Shown: positions 38,833 through 49,286, numbered from the stretch's first letter. The stretch is 64,000 nt of DNA from Phycisphaeraceae bacterium (GCA_963674705.1 OY771506.1:1312001-1376000), one strand, 5' to 3'. The notes: generated from the sequence alone by a model not told the origin. Numbers and translations: made by a program.

Positions 38833-39606
38833 GTGGCAGCGCGGAAACCTTACGTCGGCGGTAACTGGAAGATGAATCTCAACGGCCAGCAGGCTCAGGC
38901 GCTGGCGAAAGAGTTGGCGGACGGCTTCAAGGCCGGTGACAAGGTCGAGGCGGTTGTCTGCCCCGCGTTCCCCTACCTTGAAAAAGTTGCCTCCGCCCTT
39001 TCCAGCAGCCCGATCAAGGTCGGCGCCCAGGACTTCTACACCCAGCCCAACGGCGCTTTCACCGGCGAAGTCAGCCTGGAAATGCTCAAGGATGTGGGTG
39101 TCAGCGTCGTGCTGGTCGGTCACTCCGAACGTCGTCATGTGATCGGTGAGACCGATCCGCTGCTCAACGACAAGACCCTGGCGGCCCTGGAAGCCGGGAT
39201 GGAAGTTATTTTGTGTATTGGTGAGAAGATCGAGCAACGTGAGGCCGGCAAGACCGACCTCATTAATGCCGGGCAACTAGGTTACGGCCTGGCGGGCGTG
39301 TCGGCTGAGCAGATGGCGAAGGTGACCATCGCTTACGAACCGGTCTGGGCGATCGGTACGGGCAAGACGGCCACGCCTCAGGACGCCCAGGAAACGCACA
39401 AGGCGATCCGTGCCGCCGTCGCGTTCCTCTACAACAACAGCGTCGCAGACGCGGTGCGTATCCAGTACGGCGGCTCCTGCAAGCCCTCCAACGCCAACGA
39501 ACTGTTCGCCCAGCCGGACATCGATGGCGGCCTGATCGGTGGTGCGGCCCTGAAGAGCGCGGACTTCCTGGGCATCCTCCAGGCCGCGGCTGACAACGCC
39601 GGCTGA
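38833..39606 (+). CDS. tpiA: Triosephosphate isomerase
   Basis: GNWKMN, GHSERR, AYEPVWAIGTG, YGGS; GTG start after GGAG. Confidence 0.97.
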   Translation: MAARKPYVGGNWKMNLNGQQAQALAKELADGFKAGDKVEAVVCPAFPYLEKVASALSSSPIKVGAQDFYTQPNGAFTGEVSLEMLKDVGVSVVLVGHSERRHVIGETDPLLNDKTLAALEAGMEVILCIGEKIEQREAGKTDLINAGQLGYGLAGVSAEQMAKVTIAYEPVWAIGTGKTATPQDAQETHKAIRAAVAFLYNNSVADAVRIQYGGSCKPSNANELFAQPDIDGGLIGGAALKSADFLGILQAAADNAG

Positions 39607-39657
39607 TCGGTCTAAAATTACCCTGAGTCGTAACGTCGCATCCCTAGAGACTTATCC

Positions 39658-40167
39658 ATGCTCCTGACACTCGGTGCTAGTTGGCTTGTTTCGGTTATGG
39701 CGACGCTGTTCGTCCTGACCTGCGTCTTCATGATGCTGGTGATCCTGATCCAGAAGCCTAAAGGCGGCGGGCTCAGCGGCGCGTTCGGCGGGGCCGGCGG
39801 ATCAGCACAGGCGGCGTTCGGCGCCAAAACCGGCGATCTGTTGACCATGATCACGATCGGCTGCTTCGTCGCCTTTTTAGGCCTGGCGATCGGTCTGGTC
39901 TACGCAATCCGTGCTGAGGTCGCGCCGCCCCAGACTAAGGTGGTCGACACGACTGACACAACCGCACCGGCCAGCGGATCGACCGGCACGAGCTCAACAA
40001 CGAGCCAAGACGCATCCCCCTCGACGGCTGCGGCTGAAGAGGCAACCGATTCGCAAGCGTCACAGCCGGCCGCCGAGGTCGAAAACGAGTCGGAAATGGA
40101 TGTATTAGGTACCCCCAGTGACCAATCGGCGCCGGTTGAGGACACCGAGCCCGTGACCCAACCCTGA
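39658..40167 (+). CDS. secG: Preprotein translocase subunit SecG with acidic tail
   Basis: [17 protein letters not shown], two TM segments; follows tpiA. Confidence 0.93.
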   Translation: MLLTLGASWLVSVMATLFVLTCVFMMLVILIQKPKGGGLSGAFGGAGGSAQAAFGAKTGDLLTMITIGCFVAFLGLAIGLVYAIRAEVAPPQTKVVDTTDTTAPASGSTGTSSTTSQDASPSTAAAEEATDSQASQPAAEVENESEMDVLGTPSDQSAPVEDTEPVTQP

Positions 40168-40186
40168 TCCTCCTGGAGCGACGCCC

Positions 40187-41083
40187 TTGATCCGTTCGAT
40201 GACCGGCTTCGGCGACGCAGCTATACAGGCCGACGGCGTCCATTACAGCGTCGAATTACGCAGCCTGAATAACAAGTACTTCAAGTGCCTGATCCGCCTG
40301 CCCGAGTTGTTTCAGGGCATGGAGGCCGAGCTGGAATCGCAGCTGCGCAAGCGGGTGTCGCGTGGTTCTTTCACGCTGAGCGTCAAGTACAAGGCCGGGG
40401 ACGATCAGTCCATCTCGAAAGTCAACGAGGAGGCGATCCTGACATACCTGGATCACCTTGAGACGATCCACGCAAAGATCCAGGACCGGTCGGTGCAGAT
40501 CGACCTGACGCAACTGTTGGCGCTGCCGGGTGTGTTGAAGCCGGCGCAGGATGATGCGTTGTTGCTGACCAGGAGCAAGCCGGTGATCGGCAAGCTGCTG
40601 GATGAGGCGACGGACCGCCTGCTGTCGATGCGGAATACGGAAGGTCAGGCACTGGCGGATGATCTGCTCAAGCACCTGGGGCTGATCGTGGACCGGATGA
40701 AGCAGATCGGCGAACGGGCGCCGCTGGTGATTGATGAGTATCAGGAGCGGCTGCGTTCGCGCATGGATGAGTTGCTGGCCAAGGCGGAGTTGAAGGCGGA
40801 CGAGACGATCCTGATCCGCGAGGTGGCGGTGTTCGCGGAGCGGGCGGATATCAGTGAAGAGGTTTCGCGGATGGCGGGGCATGTCGCCCAGTTCGAAGAG
40901 ATCATCCGCAACGGCAAGGACACGGAGCCGGTCGGCCGTACGCTGGACTTTTTGGCGCAGGAGATGCTGCGTGAGGCGAACACGATCGGCAGCAAGAGCA
41001 ACGACGCGCAGATCAGCCGGGCCATGATCGAGGCCAAGAGCGCGATCGATCGGATCAAGGAACAGGTCCAGAACGTCGAGTGA
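40187..41083 (+). CDS. yicC: YicC/YloC family endoribonuclease
   Basis: MIRSMTGFG, DISEE, GRTLDFLAQEMLREANTIGSK, KEQVQNVE. Confidence 0.95.
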   Translation: MIRSMTGFGDAAIQADGVHYSVELRSLNNKYFKCLIRLPELFQGMEAELESQLRKRVSRGSFTLSVKYKAGDDQSISKVNEEAILTYLDHLETIHAKIQDRSVQIDLTQLLALPGVLKPAQDDALLLTRSKPVIGKLLDEATDRLLSMRNTEGQALADDLLKHLGLIVDRMKQIGERAPLVIDEYQERLRSRMDELLAKAELKADETILIREVAVFAERADISEEVSRMAGHVAQFEEIIRNGKDTEPVGRTLDFLAQEMLREANTIGSKSNDAQISRAMIEAKSAIDRIKEQVQNVE

Positions 41084-41141
41084 TGGTGGTCACTTCGGCG
41101 TGAACTAACAGCGAACGGGGGGACATTTGCGGCAGGTGGAC

Positions 41142-42305
41142 ATGGACGAGGAGCAACGGCCGGAACTGGCGACGACGGCAGGCGCCGATGATGTGAAGTC
41201 ATCGGGGACGTCGGTGTCGGGGTTGTCGGCGATCGGGAGCATGACGGTCGACGCGGAGGGCCGGCAGGTCTTTGCCGCCGAAGAGCTTGCGATCGTTTTG
41301 TCGCACTACCGGGTGGGTCTGATCAACATGGTCAAGCAGTTTAAGCGCGGTTCTCGTAAAGCGCCGAAGCTGGTGATCCGTTCGGATATGGGTCTGTTTC
41401 TTCTCAAACGCCGGGCACATGGCCGGGATGATCCGTACAAGGTGGCGTTTACGCACGGTGTGCAGTTGCGATTGGCGGAACAGGGTTTCCCCCTGCCGAA
41501 GCTGATCGGGACGCGCCGCGAGAACAACTCGATGGTGCAGTACAAAGGCTCGGTGTATGAGCTGTTCGAGTTCGTGCGTGGCGGGGAGTATGACAAATCA
41601 ATCGAGGCGACCGCTGATGCGGGGCTGACGCTGTGCAAGTTCCACAGTCTGCTGTCGGATTACAAGCCGCACTATCAACCGCCGCGCGGGACGTATCACG
41701 GGGCGCAGGTGGTGCTGGATGCGCACCAGAAGCTGCCGGAGGTATTGAACCGTCATGAAAACGGCAATCCGTCGGCCGACCCGGCGCGGGTGCAGCAGAT
41801 CGTGGATGAGCTGGATGGCTATTACCGGGAGGCGGCGGGCGAGGCGGACAACCTGAGCCTGCGCGAATGGCCCAAGCAGATAGGCCACAGCGACTGGCAC
41901 CCGGGGAACATGCTGTTTGACGGCTCGAAGGTGTCGGCGGTGATCGATTACGACTCGGCGCGCCTGATGCCGAGGATCATTGATGTGGCGAACGGGGCGC
42001 TACAATTCTCGGTGCTGCGGACCGATGATGAGATTTACAACTGGCCGGAACATCTGGATGAAGATCGTTACCGCGCGTTTTTTGCGGGCTATTATTCTGT
42101 GCCGGGCGGCGGGTTGACGGATGCGGAGCGGCGCGTGCTGCCCTGGTTGATGATCCAGGCGATGATCGCTGAGAGCGTGATTCCTGTGTCGACGACGGGC
42201 AAGTTCGCGCAGATCAACGGAACGGACTTTTTGCAGATGGCGTTACGCAAGGTGCGCTGGCTGCACGATCATCACGAGAAACTGACCGCGTATGTGAGCG
42301 CTTGA
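41142..42305 (+). CDS. APH-family phosphotransferase (type II homoserine kinase-like)
   Basis: FLLKRR, HSDWHPGN, IDYD. Confidence 0.85.
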   Translation: MDEEQRPELATTAGADDVKSSGTSVSGLSAIGSMTVDAEGRQVFAAEELAIVLSHYRVGLINMVKQFKRGSRKAPKLVIRSDMGLFLLKRRAHGRDDPYKVAFTHGVQLRLAEQGFPLPKLIGTRRENNSMVQYKGSVYELFEFVRGGEYDKSIEATADAGLTLCKFHSLLSDYKPHYQPPRGTYHGAQVVLDAHQKLPEVLNRHENGNPSADPARVQQIVDELDGYYREAAGEADNLSLREWPKQIGHSDWHPGNMLFDGSKVSAVIDYDSARLMPRIIDVANGALQFSVLRTDDEIYNWPEHLDEDRYRAFFAGYYSVPGGGLTDAERRVLPWLMIQAMIAESVIPVSTTGKFAQINGTDFLQMALRKVRWLHDHHEKLTAYVSA

Positions 42306-42306
42306 T

Positions 42307-43107
42307 GTGTGGGCGGAGGTGAAGGTGAGTCGGTTGGGTATTAGCAGCTTATGTTTAGCGCGGTCCCACGCCTGGAAAGCGTGGGCTTCGGTTGTCGTGT
42401 GTGTGCTGGTGTGTTGTGCGTCGGCGACTGCGCAGTTGGATCAGCGGGCGGTGCTGGCGGGGTTGGGGGATGATGATTATCAGGTGCGGCAGGAGGCGAC
42501 GCGTCAGCTTCTGCTGGATGAGTTTTTGACGGCGGATCAGTTGGATGCTTTGTATATGGCGAGCAAGACGCCGGAGCAACGTAATCGTTTGTTGTGCGTG
42601 GCTCGACATCACATGATCCGCCGGCAGATCGAGCAGAACTACGGAGAATTACGCGGTTCGGGTTCGATGGGTTTGTCGCATCACGTGGTGCGGGTGACGG
42701 GACCGGACGGTCAAACGCAGCAGACGGGCGTGATGGTGGTGATGACGCTGCCGGGTTTTCCCGCGTATGCGATGCTTGAGCCGGGCGATGTGATTGTTCG
42801 ATTTGCGGGCGAAGATATGCCGCAACGGATGTCGCCGACGCAGTTTCAGCTGTTGATCCGCGATCACAAGGCGGGCGAGGTGATTGAGATTGTGATTATG
42901 CGTAACAGCAAGCCGATGGCACTGGACTTCCAGATGTGTCAGGGGCAGGCGCTGAGCGAAGTGTACGACACGAGCGGGATCACACTGAATGAACCTTACC
43001 TCGGGCTGTGGGCGCAGGAGCGGGCGCGGATCGAGGGGCTGTTGCAGGTTGAGACCGAGGATGATTCGCGGCCGGAGGTCCCGATAACTGACGACCCCGG
43101 GGCGTGA
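42307..43107 (+). CDS. Secreted PDZ domain protein (start uncertain)
   Basis: HEAT-like LGDDDYQVRQEA, SMGL, PGFPA...LEPGDVI. Confidence 0.75.
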   Translation: MWAEVKVSRLGISSLCLARSHAWKAWASVVVCVLVCCASATAQLDQRAVLAGLGDDDYQVRQEATRQLLLDEFLTADQLDALYMASKTPEQRNRLLCVARHHMIRRQIEQNYGELRGSGSMGLSHHVVRVTGPDGQTQQTGVMVVMTLPGFPAYAMLEPGDVIVRFAGEDMPQRMSPTQFQLLIRDHKAGEVIEIVIMRNSKPMALDFQMCQGQALSEVYDTSGITLNEPYLGLWAQERARIEGLLQVETEDDSRPEVPITDDPGA

Positions 43108-43270
43108 TAATCGTTACAGTTTACCCAGCATGAATCATGTGCAGGGCCGGTGTTATTTTGGGGGCTTTTTTCCCTATCAGATTCGCGTCCGAGCGGGTTA
43201 TATCGTCTGCTTCATTCGGATGAAACGCCGGAGTTCGGCGAGACACAGACCGCGCGTTTGGAGCGAATGG

Positions 43271-43483
43271 ATGAAAGCGGGATTGAACGTATTGGCTTGG
43301 GGGTTTGCGATCGCCGTGATTGTGTATCTGGCGGTAGGGCCCGGCGTGGGCGTGTTGTATCACAACCCGCTGGCGAGCCTGGGTGTAGGCCTGATCGGCC
43401 TGGGGCTGATGATCGAAGGCCGGCGTAAGCTCGTTGCCGCCAAGGCGACGGTGCCCGTAGAGCATAAAAACCCGACGCGATAG
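43271..43483 (+). CDS. Small two-TM membrane protein
   Basis: GGAG RBS, two hydrophobic helices, followed by a terminator. Confidence 0.55.
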   Translation: MKAGLNVLAWGFAIAVIVYLAVGPGVGVLYHNPLASLGVGLIGLGLMIEGRRKLVAAKATVPVEHKNPTR

Positions 43484-43505
43484 ATACCTGCAATTTTACT
43501 CAGTG

Positions 43506-43562
43506 AACATGCTTTATCGACCTGCCATGTTTTGACCGCGTGGCGATAAAGCATGTTTTTTT
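43506..43562 (+). terminator. Rho-independent terminator
   Basis: AACATGCTTTATCG/CGATAAAGCATGTT stem plus T run. Confidence 0.7.
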
Positions 43563-43570
43563 ATGCTTAC

Positions 43571-43610
43571 AAAAACACCGCGCTTTGCCTGGTATGACAA
43601 AGCGCGGTGT
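43571..43610 (-). terminator. Rho-independent terminator
   Basis: ACACCGCGCTTTG/CAAAGCGCGGTGT stem with A5 on the left. Confidence 0.8.
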
Positions 43611-43639
43611 CACTAATTAATTGATTGTGTAGATCGACG

Positions 43640-46114
43640 TCAGTTGCCTGTCTTATAGTCCAGCAGCGCGCGATACTTGGGAGCGGTGCTGATGGCCTGG
43701 TCCATGAAGTCGAGCTGACCCCAAGCACCCCACTTGTCGGGTTTTTCGACGAAGTTGAAGGCGGTGAACAGGCTGCCGCCGGCTTTCTCCCATTCGCGCA
43801 TGTTGGCGATATACACGTCGTACATCAGCGGATGGTTCTGCATCTCCAGCAGGGCATTGAGGTATGACGGGTTGCCACCCTCGGCGGTGTAGTGCTGGCC
43901 GCCCTCGTAACCGATGAGCGGGATGTCGCGGCCGGTCTTGCGTGTCCACTGGCGGGACAGCTTGCCGTGGGCGCGGTAGTTGGTGCGCTGGCCCTTGACC
44001 ATATCGTCCATGGCCTTCTCCAGCAGCCGCCGGGACGTGACGTTGCCGAAGCTATCCATTTCACGTTTGGTCATACCAAAGTAGGTGGTGCAGGAGATCG
44101 CATCGAACTCACCTTGGAGGTTTTCAACGAGCTGGCCGGTGACCCAGGGGTTGTCCTTCTGGCCCGCGGCGACGCGGATGACGCGGCCGCTCTGGTTACC
44201 CCAGACATCCATCCAGATTTCGAAGTCGCGGTCGGCTTCTTCTGCCCAGGCTTCGTTGAACTCATCAGACAGTGATCGGCCGTCCGTTCGGCCCTGGATC
44301 CACTTGTGCTGCGGGAACTGCGAGTTCCAGACTTCGTTGGACCACTCGACGTAGACGTTCAGGTCCTTGCGCAGGCGTGACTTGACCAGCTCTGCAAACT
44401 TCTCGACGTAGCGGTCGTTTGCCAGGTGCGGCATGCAGAACCAGGGGTCGGCGCCGAGTTCGTTGCACAGGTCGATCATGTATTCGAGCGCAACGCCGTC
44501 GCCCGTGCCTTGTGTGTAGTAATCGTACCTGGGCCGATCCGACCAGGTGGTAATATTCGAGCCGTTGGTTTGCATCCAGTCCATGAAGCGGATGACGCTG
44601 AACGGCTTGAGGCGTTTGAGATACAGCGGGTGGAACGGCGACTGGGCGTCTTCGAAGCCCGGCAGCCAGACCTTGACGTTACGCACGGGGTCGTTACGGT
44701 TTGACCGATCGATACGCAGGTAGATACCGAGGTCTGTCGGCGTCACCTCAGCGATGATGCGGTTGCCGTTTTTGCGGATGACTTTGGCGTCCCAGCCGAG
44801 GTCGACATCGCCGTCGCCTTCCCAGGTACAGACGTAACGTCCGGCGGGGTAGGAACCGCGTGTGTCGTGGTACATGATGGTGTGCGCCGCCTGCCCGTTT
44901 TTCAGCAGGGGCCAGCCGTTTTCATTCAGTTGCAGGCTCTCGCCGGAGTCCCACGGATCGCTGTCGCCGGGGCGGGTCGGCAGCCACTGGTGCGATTGCT
45001 TCATGGCGTCAACGAAGACCCATTCGCGCGTGTAGTAAGTGACGTCGGCGAGGTTCATGCCGAGGAAGTTCTTGCTGCGCGGTTTGGGGGCGGTCCCGGT
45101 ATCGTCGACTACGTCGTCGTCGGGGACGGGCTGCGGGTCCGGTTCGTTGTTCAGGCCCGGGATGCGGAAGCTGATGCGCCGGGTGTGTGTGAGTTCATTA
45201 CCTGAATAGGCATGGACACGCAGCACGTATTGGCCCGGCGGGTAATTGGCGGGGTCGAAGGTATTGCCTTGGCCGAACATGACGTACGGCGCCTGTGTTT
45301 CGACGTCATACACATTCTCGGGGCCGGTGAGTTTGAAAACGATTTTGGACGGCGTGCCGCCGACCACGTCGGCTTCTATCTGTGTGGGGGCGCGAAGGAC
45401 ACTGCCCCTGTCAAGGCCTTGAATACTCCGAATGCGGATGTCGCTCTCAATGTGGAACGGGAGCGTGCGGGTGTCGACGGCCATATCGCCGCTGTAGGCG
45501 GTGACGCTGATTTCGTAGTCGCCCGCGGGCACGCTGTGAACGTCCCACTTCACCTCGTCGCCGATCATGAAGTAGGGTTTTTCGTAGTCGGTGTGTGTGA
45601 AGTTCACCGGGCCCTTGATATCGAATACGACCTTGCTTGGTGTGCCGCCGCGCACCTTGGCTTCGACGGTGGTATCACGTGTCAGGGTGATATTGCGGTT
45701 GATCCCGATAATACGCGAGACCTTGAGGTTGTTACCGATGTTAAAATTGATGTACCGGAAGTCGAGGATGCGGTGATTTCGGATAAGGTAGACGTTGAGT
45801 TTATAGTTGCCGGGTTCCGCTTCGGAAGTGCTCCACTCGCGATAGCGTTCGTTCATGACGTAAGGCTCTTTGTCGTCGAAAAAGTCATACGACGTTGGGC
45901 CTTCGATGTTGTACCAGACGGTGTATTCCTCGCCGTCGACGAGGTCGGCGACGTGCGTCTGGATGCGCAGTTCGCCGGTGACGGTTTGACCGTCTTGGAT
46001 GCCGGAGACGCGTGTGATGCGTTCGGCGTTTGCGGTTTGTGCTGTGATGGCGAATATCCAACACAGCGCGATAAGGATGAAGCTTCCGTTCTTTCGTCTT
46101 ACATTCAACAGCAT
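43640..46114 (-). CDS. Secreted protein with three Ig-like repeats and a glycoside-hydrolase-like catalytic domain
   Basis: Signal peptide; repeated GP...PY(V/F)M...G.Y.(I/L).V units; IRFMDW, PWFCMPH, VEWSNEVWN, YEGGQH; AAGAGGA RBS. Confidence 0.8.
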   Translation of the reverse strand: MLLNVRRKNGSFILIALCWIFAITAQTANAERITRVSGIQDGQTVTGELRIQTHVADLVDGEEYTVWYNIEGPTSYDFFDDKEPYVMNERYREWSTSEAEPGNYKLNVYLIRNHRILDFRYINFNIGNNLKVSRIIGINRNITLTRDTTVEAKVRGGTPSKVVFDIKGPVNFTHTDYEKPYFMIGDEVKWDVHSVPAGDYEISVTAYSGDMAVDTRTLPFHIESDIRIRSIQGLDRGSVLRAPTQIEADVVGGTPSKIVFKLTGPENVYDVETQAPYVMFGQGNTFDPANYPPGQYVLRVHAYSGNELTHTRRISFRIPGLNNEPDPQPVPDDDVVDDTGTAPKPRSKNFLGMNLADVTYYTREWVFVDAMKQSHQWLPTRPGDSDPWDSGESLQLNENGWPLLKNGQAAHTIMYHDTRGSYPAGRYVCTWEGDGDVDLGWDAKVIRKNGNRIIAEVTPTDLGIYLRIDRSNRNDPVRNVKVWLPGFEDAQSPFHPLYLKRLKPFSVIRFMDWMQTNGSNITTWSDRPRYDYYTQGTGDGVALEYMIDLCNELGADPWFCMPHLANDRYVEKFAELVKSRLRKDLNVYVEWSNEVWNSQFPQHKWIQGRTDGRSLSDEFNEAWAEEADRDFEIWMDVWGNQSGRVIRVAAGQKDNPWVTGQLVENLQGEFDAISCTTYFGMTKREMDSFGNVTSRRLLEKAMDDMVKGQRTNYRAHGKLSRQWTRKTGRDIPLIGYEGGQHYTAEGGNPSYLNALLEMQNHPLMYDVYIANMREWEKAGGSLFTAFNFVEKPDKWGAWGQLDFMDQAISTAPKYRALLDYKTGN

Positions 46115-46624
46115 GTACAAAGTCCTCTTGGTGTCGGTGGTGCTCCTCACCACCTTCGAGCCGAATCACGCGTCGTCTGCTTCTTGCATGGCGGTGTTCG
46201 GCGTCAGTGAGCGGGCAGGGGTGTTTGGGGGGTCGTTTTTCAGTACGGTGGGTGTCGAGTGACCGGGCTCGACGGCGTAGCATGTCCCGCTGGTCTGGGC
46301 TTATCGACGGCAAAGCATTGCTCCGTGACAAAGTTTGCCGCGCCCGCCAGCAGGCCCGATAACTATAACCATACGCTAATAAATTGCCACCCCTTACCGC
46401 GTTTTTTGCCTATATTTCAAGCTAATTCGTGATGGGTGCGGTGCTTAGGGCTGGTTTTTTTCTCCCCCGGATATCCACATCAACAGACTCATGCGTAATG
46501 TCCTGGATGTGAACGGCGATCAAGTACGTTACGCTGCAATCGTCGGTCCCATGTTTGCCGCAGCAAGCTTCTGTCGGCAGGTCCGAAGTCTTGCCATTGC
46601 GCAGCTTTTTAGAGGAGTTAACCG

Positions 46625-47149
46625 ATGTCGACGCTTGATGGTAAACGCGTGCTGATCTTCGTCGGTAACGATTACGAAGACATGGAATTGCAATACCCGA
46701 AGTACCGTTTGATCGAAGCGGGCGCGCAGGTTGTTGTCGCCGGCCTGGAAGCGGGGGTTGTTTATAAAGGTAAGCATGGCTATCCGCAGACTTCACACGA
46801 GCGCATCATGGATCTCGAAGCGGCGGATTTTGATGGGCTGGTGATCCCCGGCGGATGGATGCCCGATAAGTTGCGCCGATACGACGAGGTGAAGCGCATC
46901 ACGAAACAGATCAACGATGCGGGTAAGTGTGTCGCGTCGATCTGTCACGGCCCGTGGATCGATATCTCCGCGGGGATCGTGAAGGGCGCAACGTATACAA
47001 GCACGCCCGGGTTAACCGACGATCTGCGCAACGCCGGCGCAACCTGGGTCGATGAACCGGTGGTAATCGACGGCAATCATGTGACCAGCCGCAGGCCCGA
47101 CGATTTGCCCGCATTTTGTAGAGGTATTTTGGAGGTGATGACAAAATGA
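46625..47149 (+). CDS. pfpI: PfpI/DJ-1 family (type 1 glutamine amidotransferase-like) protein
   Basis: YEDMELQYP, IPGG, ICHGP, TSRRPDDL. Confidence 0.92.
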   Translation: MSTLDGKRVLIFVGNDYEDMELQYPKYRLIEAGAQVVVAGLEAGVVYKGKHGYPQTSHERIMDLEAADFDGLVIPGGWMPDKLRRYDEVKRITKQINDAGKCVASICHGPWIDISAGIVKGATYTSTPGLTDDLRNAGATWVDEPVVIDGNHVTSRRPDDLPAFCRGILEVMTK

Positions 47150-48087
47150 AAAAGCTGAATGTTTATCTGTCCGCAATCATGATTTTCATATTGAGTAGCA
47201 CAACGATGGTTCAAGCTGTTGCCGAAGAAACGCAAGATACAGAATCGCCTCAGCCGTTTCGCGTGATGAGTTTTAACGTGCGCTACGGCAACGCGGATGA
47301 TGGGCTGAGCAGTTGGGAGTACCGACACGAACTGTTGCTCAAAACGATCCAGACATATGACCCGGATATCCTCGGCGTGCAGGAAGCGATCCTGAAGCAG
47401 GTGAAGTACCTGCGCGACGAGATGGATGGTTACGTTTTCTTCGGCGCGGGGCGCGATGACGGCAAGCTCGCCGGTGAGATGTGCGCGATCTACTATCGAA
47501 GTGATCGCTTCCGGCGCATCGGCGCGGGGCACTTCTGGTTAAGCGAAGAACCCGATAAGCCCGGCAGCTTCGGGTGGGATGCGGCGTTCCCGCGCATGGT
47601 CAGTTGGCTGCGCCTGCGCGACAAGACCGACAACAGTGTGGTCTTCGTGGCGAATACGCATTGGGATCATCGCGGTGAGGAGGCGCGGCTGAATTCGGCG
47701 AAGATGATCCGTCAGCGCATCGCCGAACTGGCGAAGGGCGCGCCCGTCATCATCATGGGCGACTTCAACTGTACGGAGGATTCAAGACCTTACGGTGTGT
47801 TAATAAGCGGTGAGTCGGATGATACGATTGGTTTAGCCGACAGCTATCGCGAGATGGTCCCGCAGCGTGACCCGCAAGAGGCGACTTATCATGGATTCCG
47901 TGGTGATCTGAAGGGCAGCCGGATCGACTGGATCCTGCATAGTCTTGACCTGAAGGTACTTGCGGCCGACATCGACCGCACGCATGAGGACAACCTCTAC
48001 CCGTCGGACCACTACCCGGTGACGGCCACGTTCCAGCAGGCAACCGAAAAAAACGCGGAAAAACAGGCAAAAAATTCATCTGAGTGA
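47146..48087 (+). CDS. Secreted endonuclease/exonuclease/phosphatase family protein
   Basis: SFNVR, GVQE, NTHWD, GDFN, IDWI, SDHYP. Confidence 0.92.
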   Translation: MKKLNVYLSAIMIFILSSTTMVQAVAEETQDTESPQPFRVMSFNVRYGNADDGLSSWEYRHELLLKTIQTYDPDILGVQEAILKQVKYLRDEMDGYVFFGAGRDDGKLAGEMCAIYYRSDRFRRIGAGHFWLSEEPDKPGSFGWDAAFPRMVSWLRLRDKTDNSVVFVANTHWDHRGEEARLNSAKMIRQRIAELAKGAPVIIMGDFNCTEDSRPYGVLISGESDDTIGLADSYREMVPQRDPQEATYHGFRGDLKGSRIDWILHSLDLKVLAADIDRTHEDNLYPSDHYPVTATFQQATEKNAEKQAKNSSE

Positions 48088-48252
48088 TTGACCTGATCGC
48101 AAAAGTGCCTACCCTAACAAGTCCACGGAGGGCTCCGAAACAACCCCTGCCTGACTAGAGCCCAGCACGCCGTGGTGCCGATAACACAAGTAGAGCCGTT
48201 CTGTTCTGATGCCGACCTTTGTGTTATTTGCCCTGATAGACAGAGGTACCCC

Positions 48253-49224
48253 ATGCGTTTATGGTCAGTGTGCTTATTGATTGTTGCCGTCGCAGCCGCG
48301 TCGGTCGGTTGTGGTTCCTCGCCGCATGCGTACAACTTCTTCTCGCGCAGTGCCAAGCCCAAGCAGGTGGTGCACAACAGCGACTACCGGGTGATGAGCT
48401 TTAATCTCCGCACGAAGTTCGTCGGCGATGGACCCAATTACTGGGATCACCGCAAAGAATATGTGGTGCAATCGATCCAGAAGTTCTCGCCCGATCTGTT
48501 GGGCACGCAGGAATGCCAGGCCTCGCAGGCGCGCTATCTCAAGGCGCACTTGCCGGGCTATGAATTCGTCGGCGCAGGCCGCAATGACGGCAAGGGTGAC
48601 GGCGAGATGTGCGGCATCTTTTACAGAAGCGATAAGTTCACGAAACTGGATCAGGGTCACTTCTGGTTGAGCGAAACACCCTATGAGCCGGGCAGCAAGA
48701 GCTGGGGCTCGTCGTATCGTCGGATGGTGTCCTGGGTGAAGCTCATACCGCGCTCGGGCGGCGAACCGTTCTACTTCTTTAATACACACCTGGATAATTC
48801 CTCGGAACGTGCCAGGGTCCAGCAGGCGTGGCTGCTGCGGCGCATGATCGATCAGATCGCGGACGGCCGATCCACGATCGTCACCGGCGACTTCAACACC
48901 GGCTACGAAACCACCCCCTACCAGTTACTGGTACACGGCCCGCAGGATTGGCGCGGCTACCTGGTTGATACCTATAGCCAGGTAAACAAGGTTACGGGGC
49001 ACGGCGAGGGCACACGCCACAAATTCCATGGCGGAACGGATGGCGATCGCATCGATTGGATCATGACCACCGACAACTTCACCACCGTCAGCGCCACGAT
49101 CGACCGCACACACTACGGCGGCAGGTACCCATCCGACCACTTCCCCGTCACCGCGGTGGTCCGCCAGCAACAGGGTTCACGTTTTGCGGGGCATCGCAGC
49201 TCATACTATGCCGGCGGCTCCTGA
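48253..49224 (+). CDS. Lipoprotein EEP family protein (paralog of 47146-48087)
   Basis: SVGC lipobox, SFNLR, GTQE, NTHLD, GDFN, SDHFP. Confidence 0.92.
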   Translation: MRLWSVCLLIVAVAAASVGCGSSPHAYNFFSRSAKPKQVVHNSDYRVMSFNLRTKFVGDGPNYWDHRKEYVVQSIQKFSPDLLGTQECQASQARYLKAHLPGYEFVGAGRNDGKGDGEMCGIFYRSDKFTKLDQGHFWLSETPYEPGSKSWGSSYRRMVSWVKLIPRSGGEPFYFFNTHLDNSSERARVQQAWLLRRMIDQIADGRSTIVTGDFNTGYETTPYQLLVHGPQDWRGYLVDTYSQVNKVTGHGEGTRHKFHGGTDGDRIDWIMTTDNFTTVSATIDRTHYGGRYPSDHFPVTAVVRQQQGSRFAGHRSSYYAGGS

Positions 49225-49254
49225 GTTCGACCTGAAATCATGATGAAAAGCAAT

Positions 49255-49286
49255 AGCCCCATACGGAAGTGTGGGGTTTGTTTTTA
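49255..49286 (+). terminator. Rho-independent terminator
   Basis: AGCCCCATAC-GGAA-GTGTGGGGTT plus T-rich tail. Confidence 0.75.
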
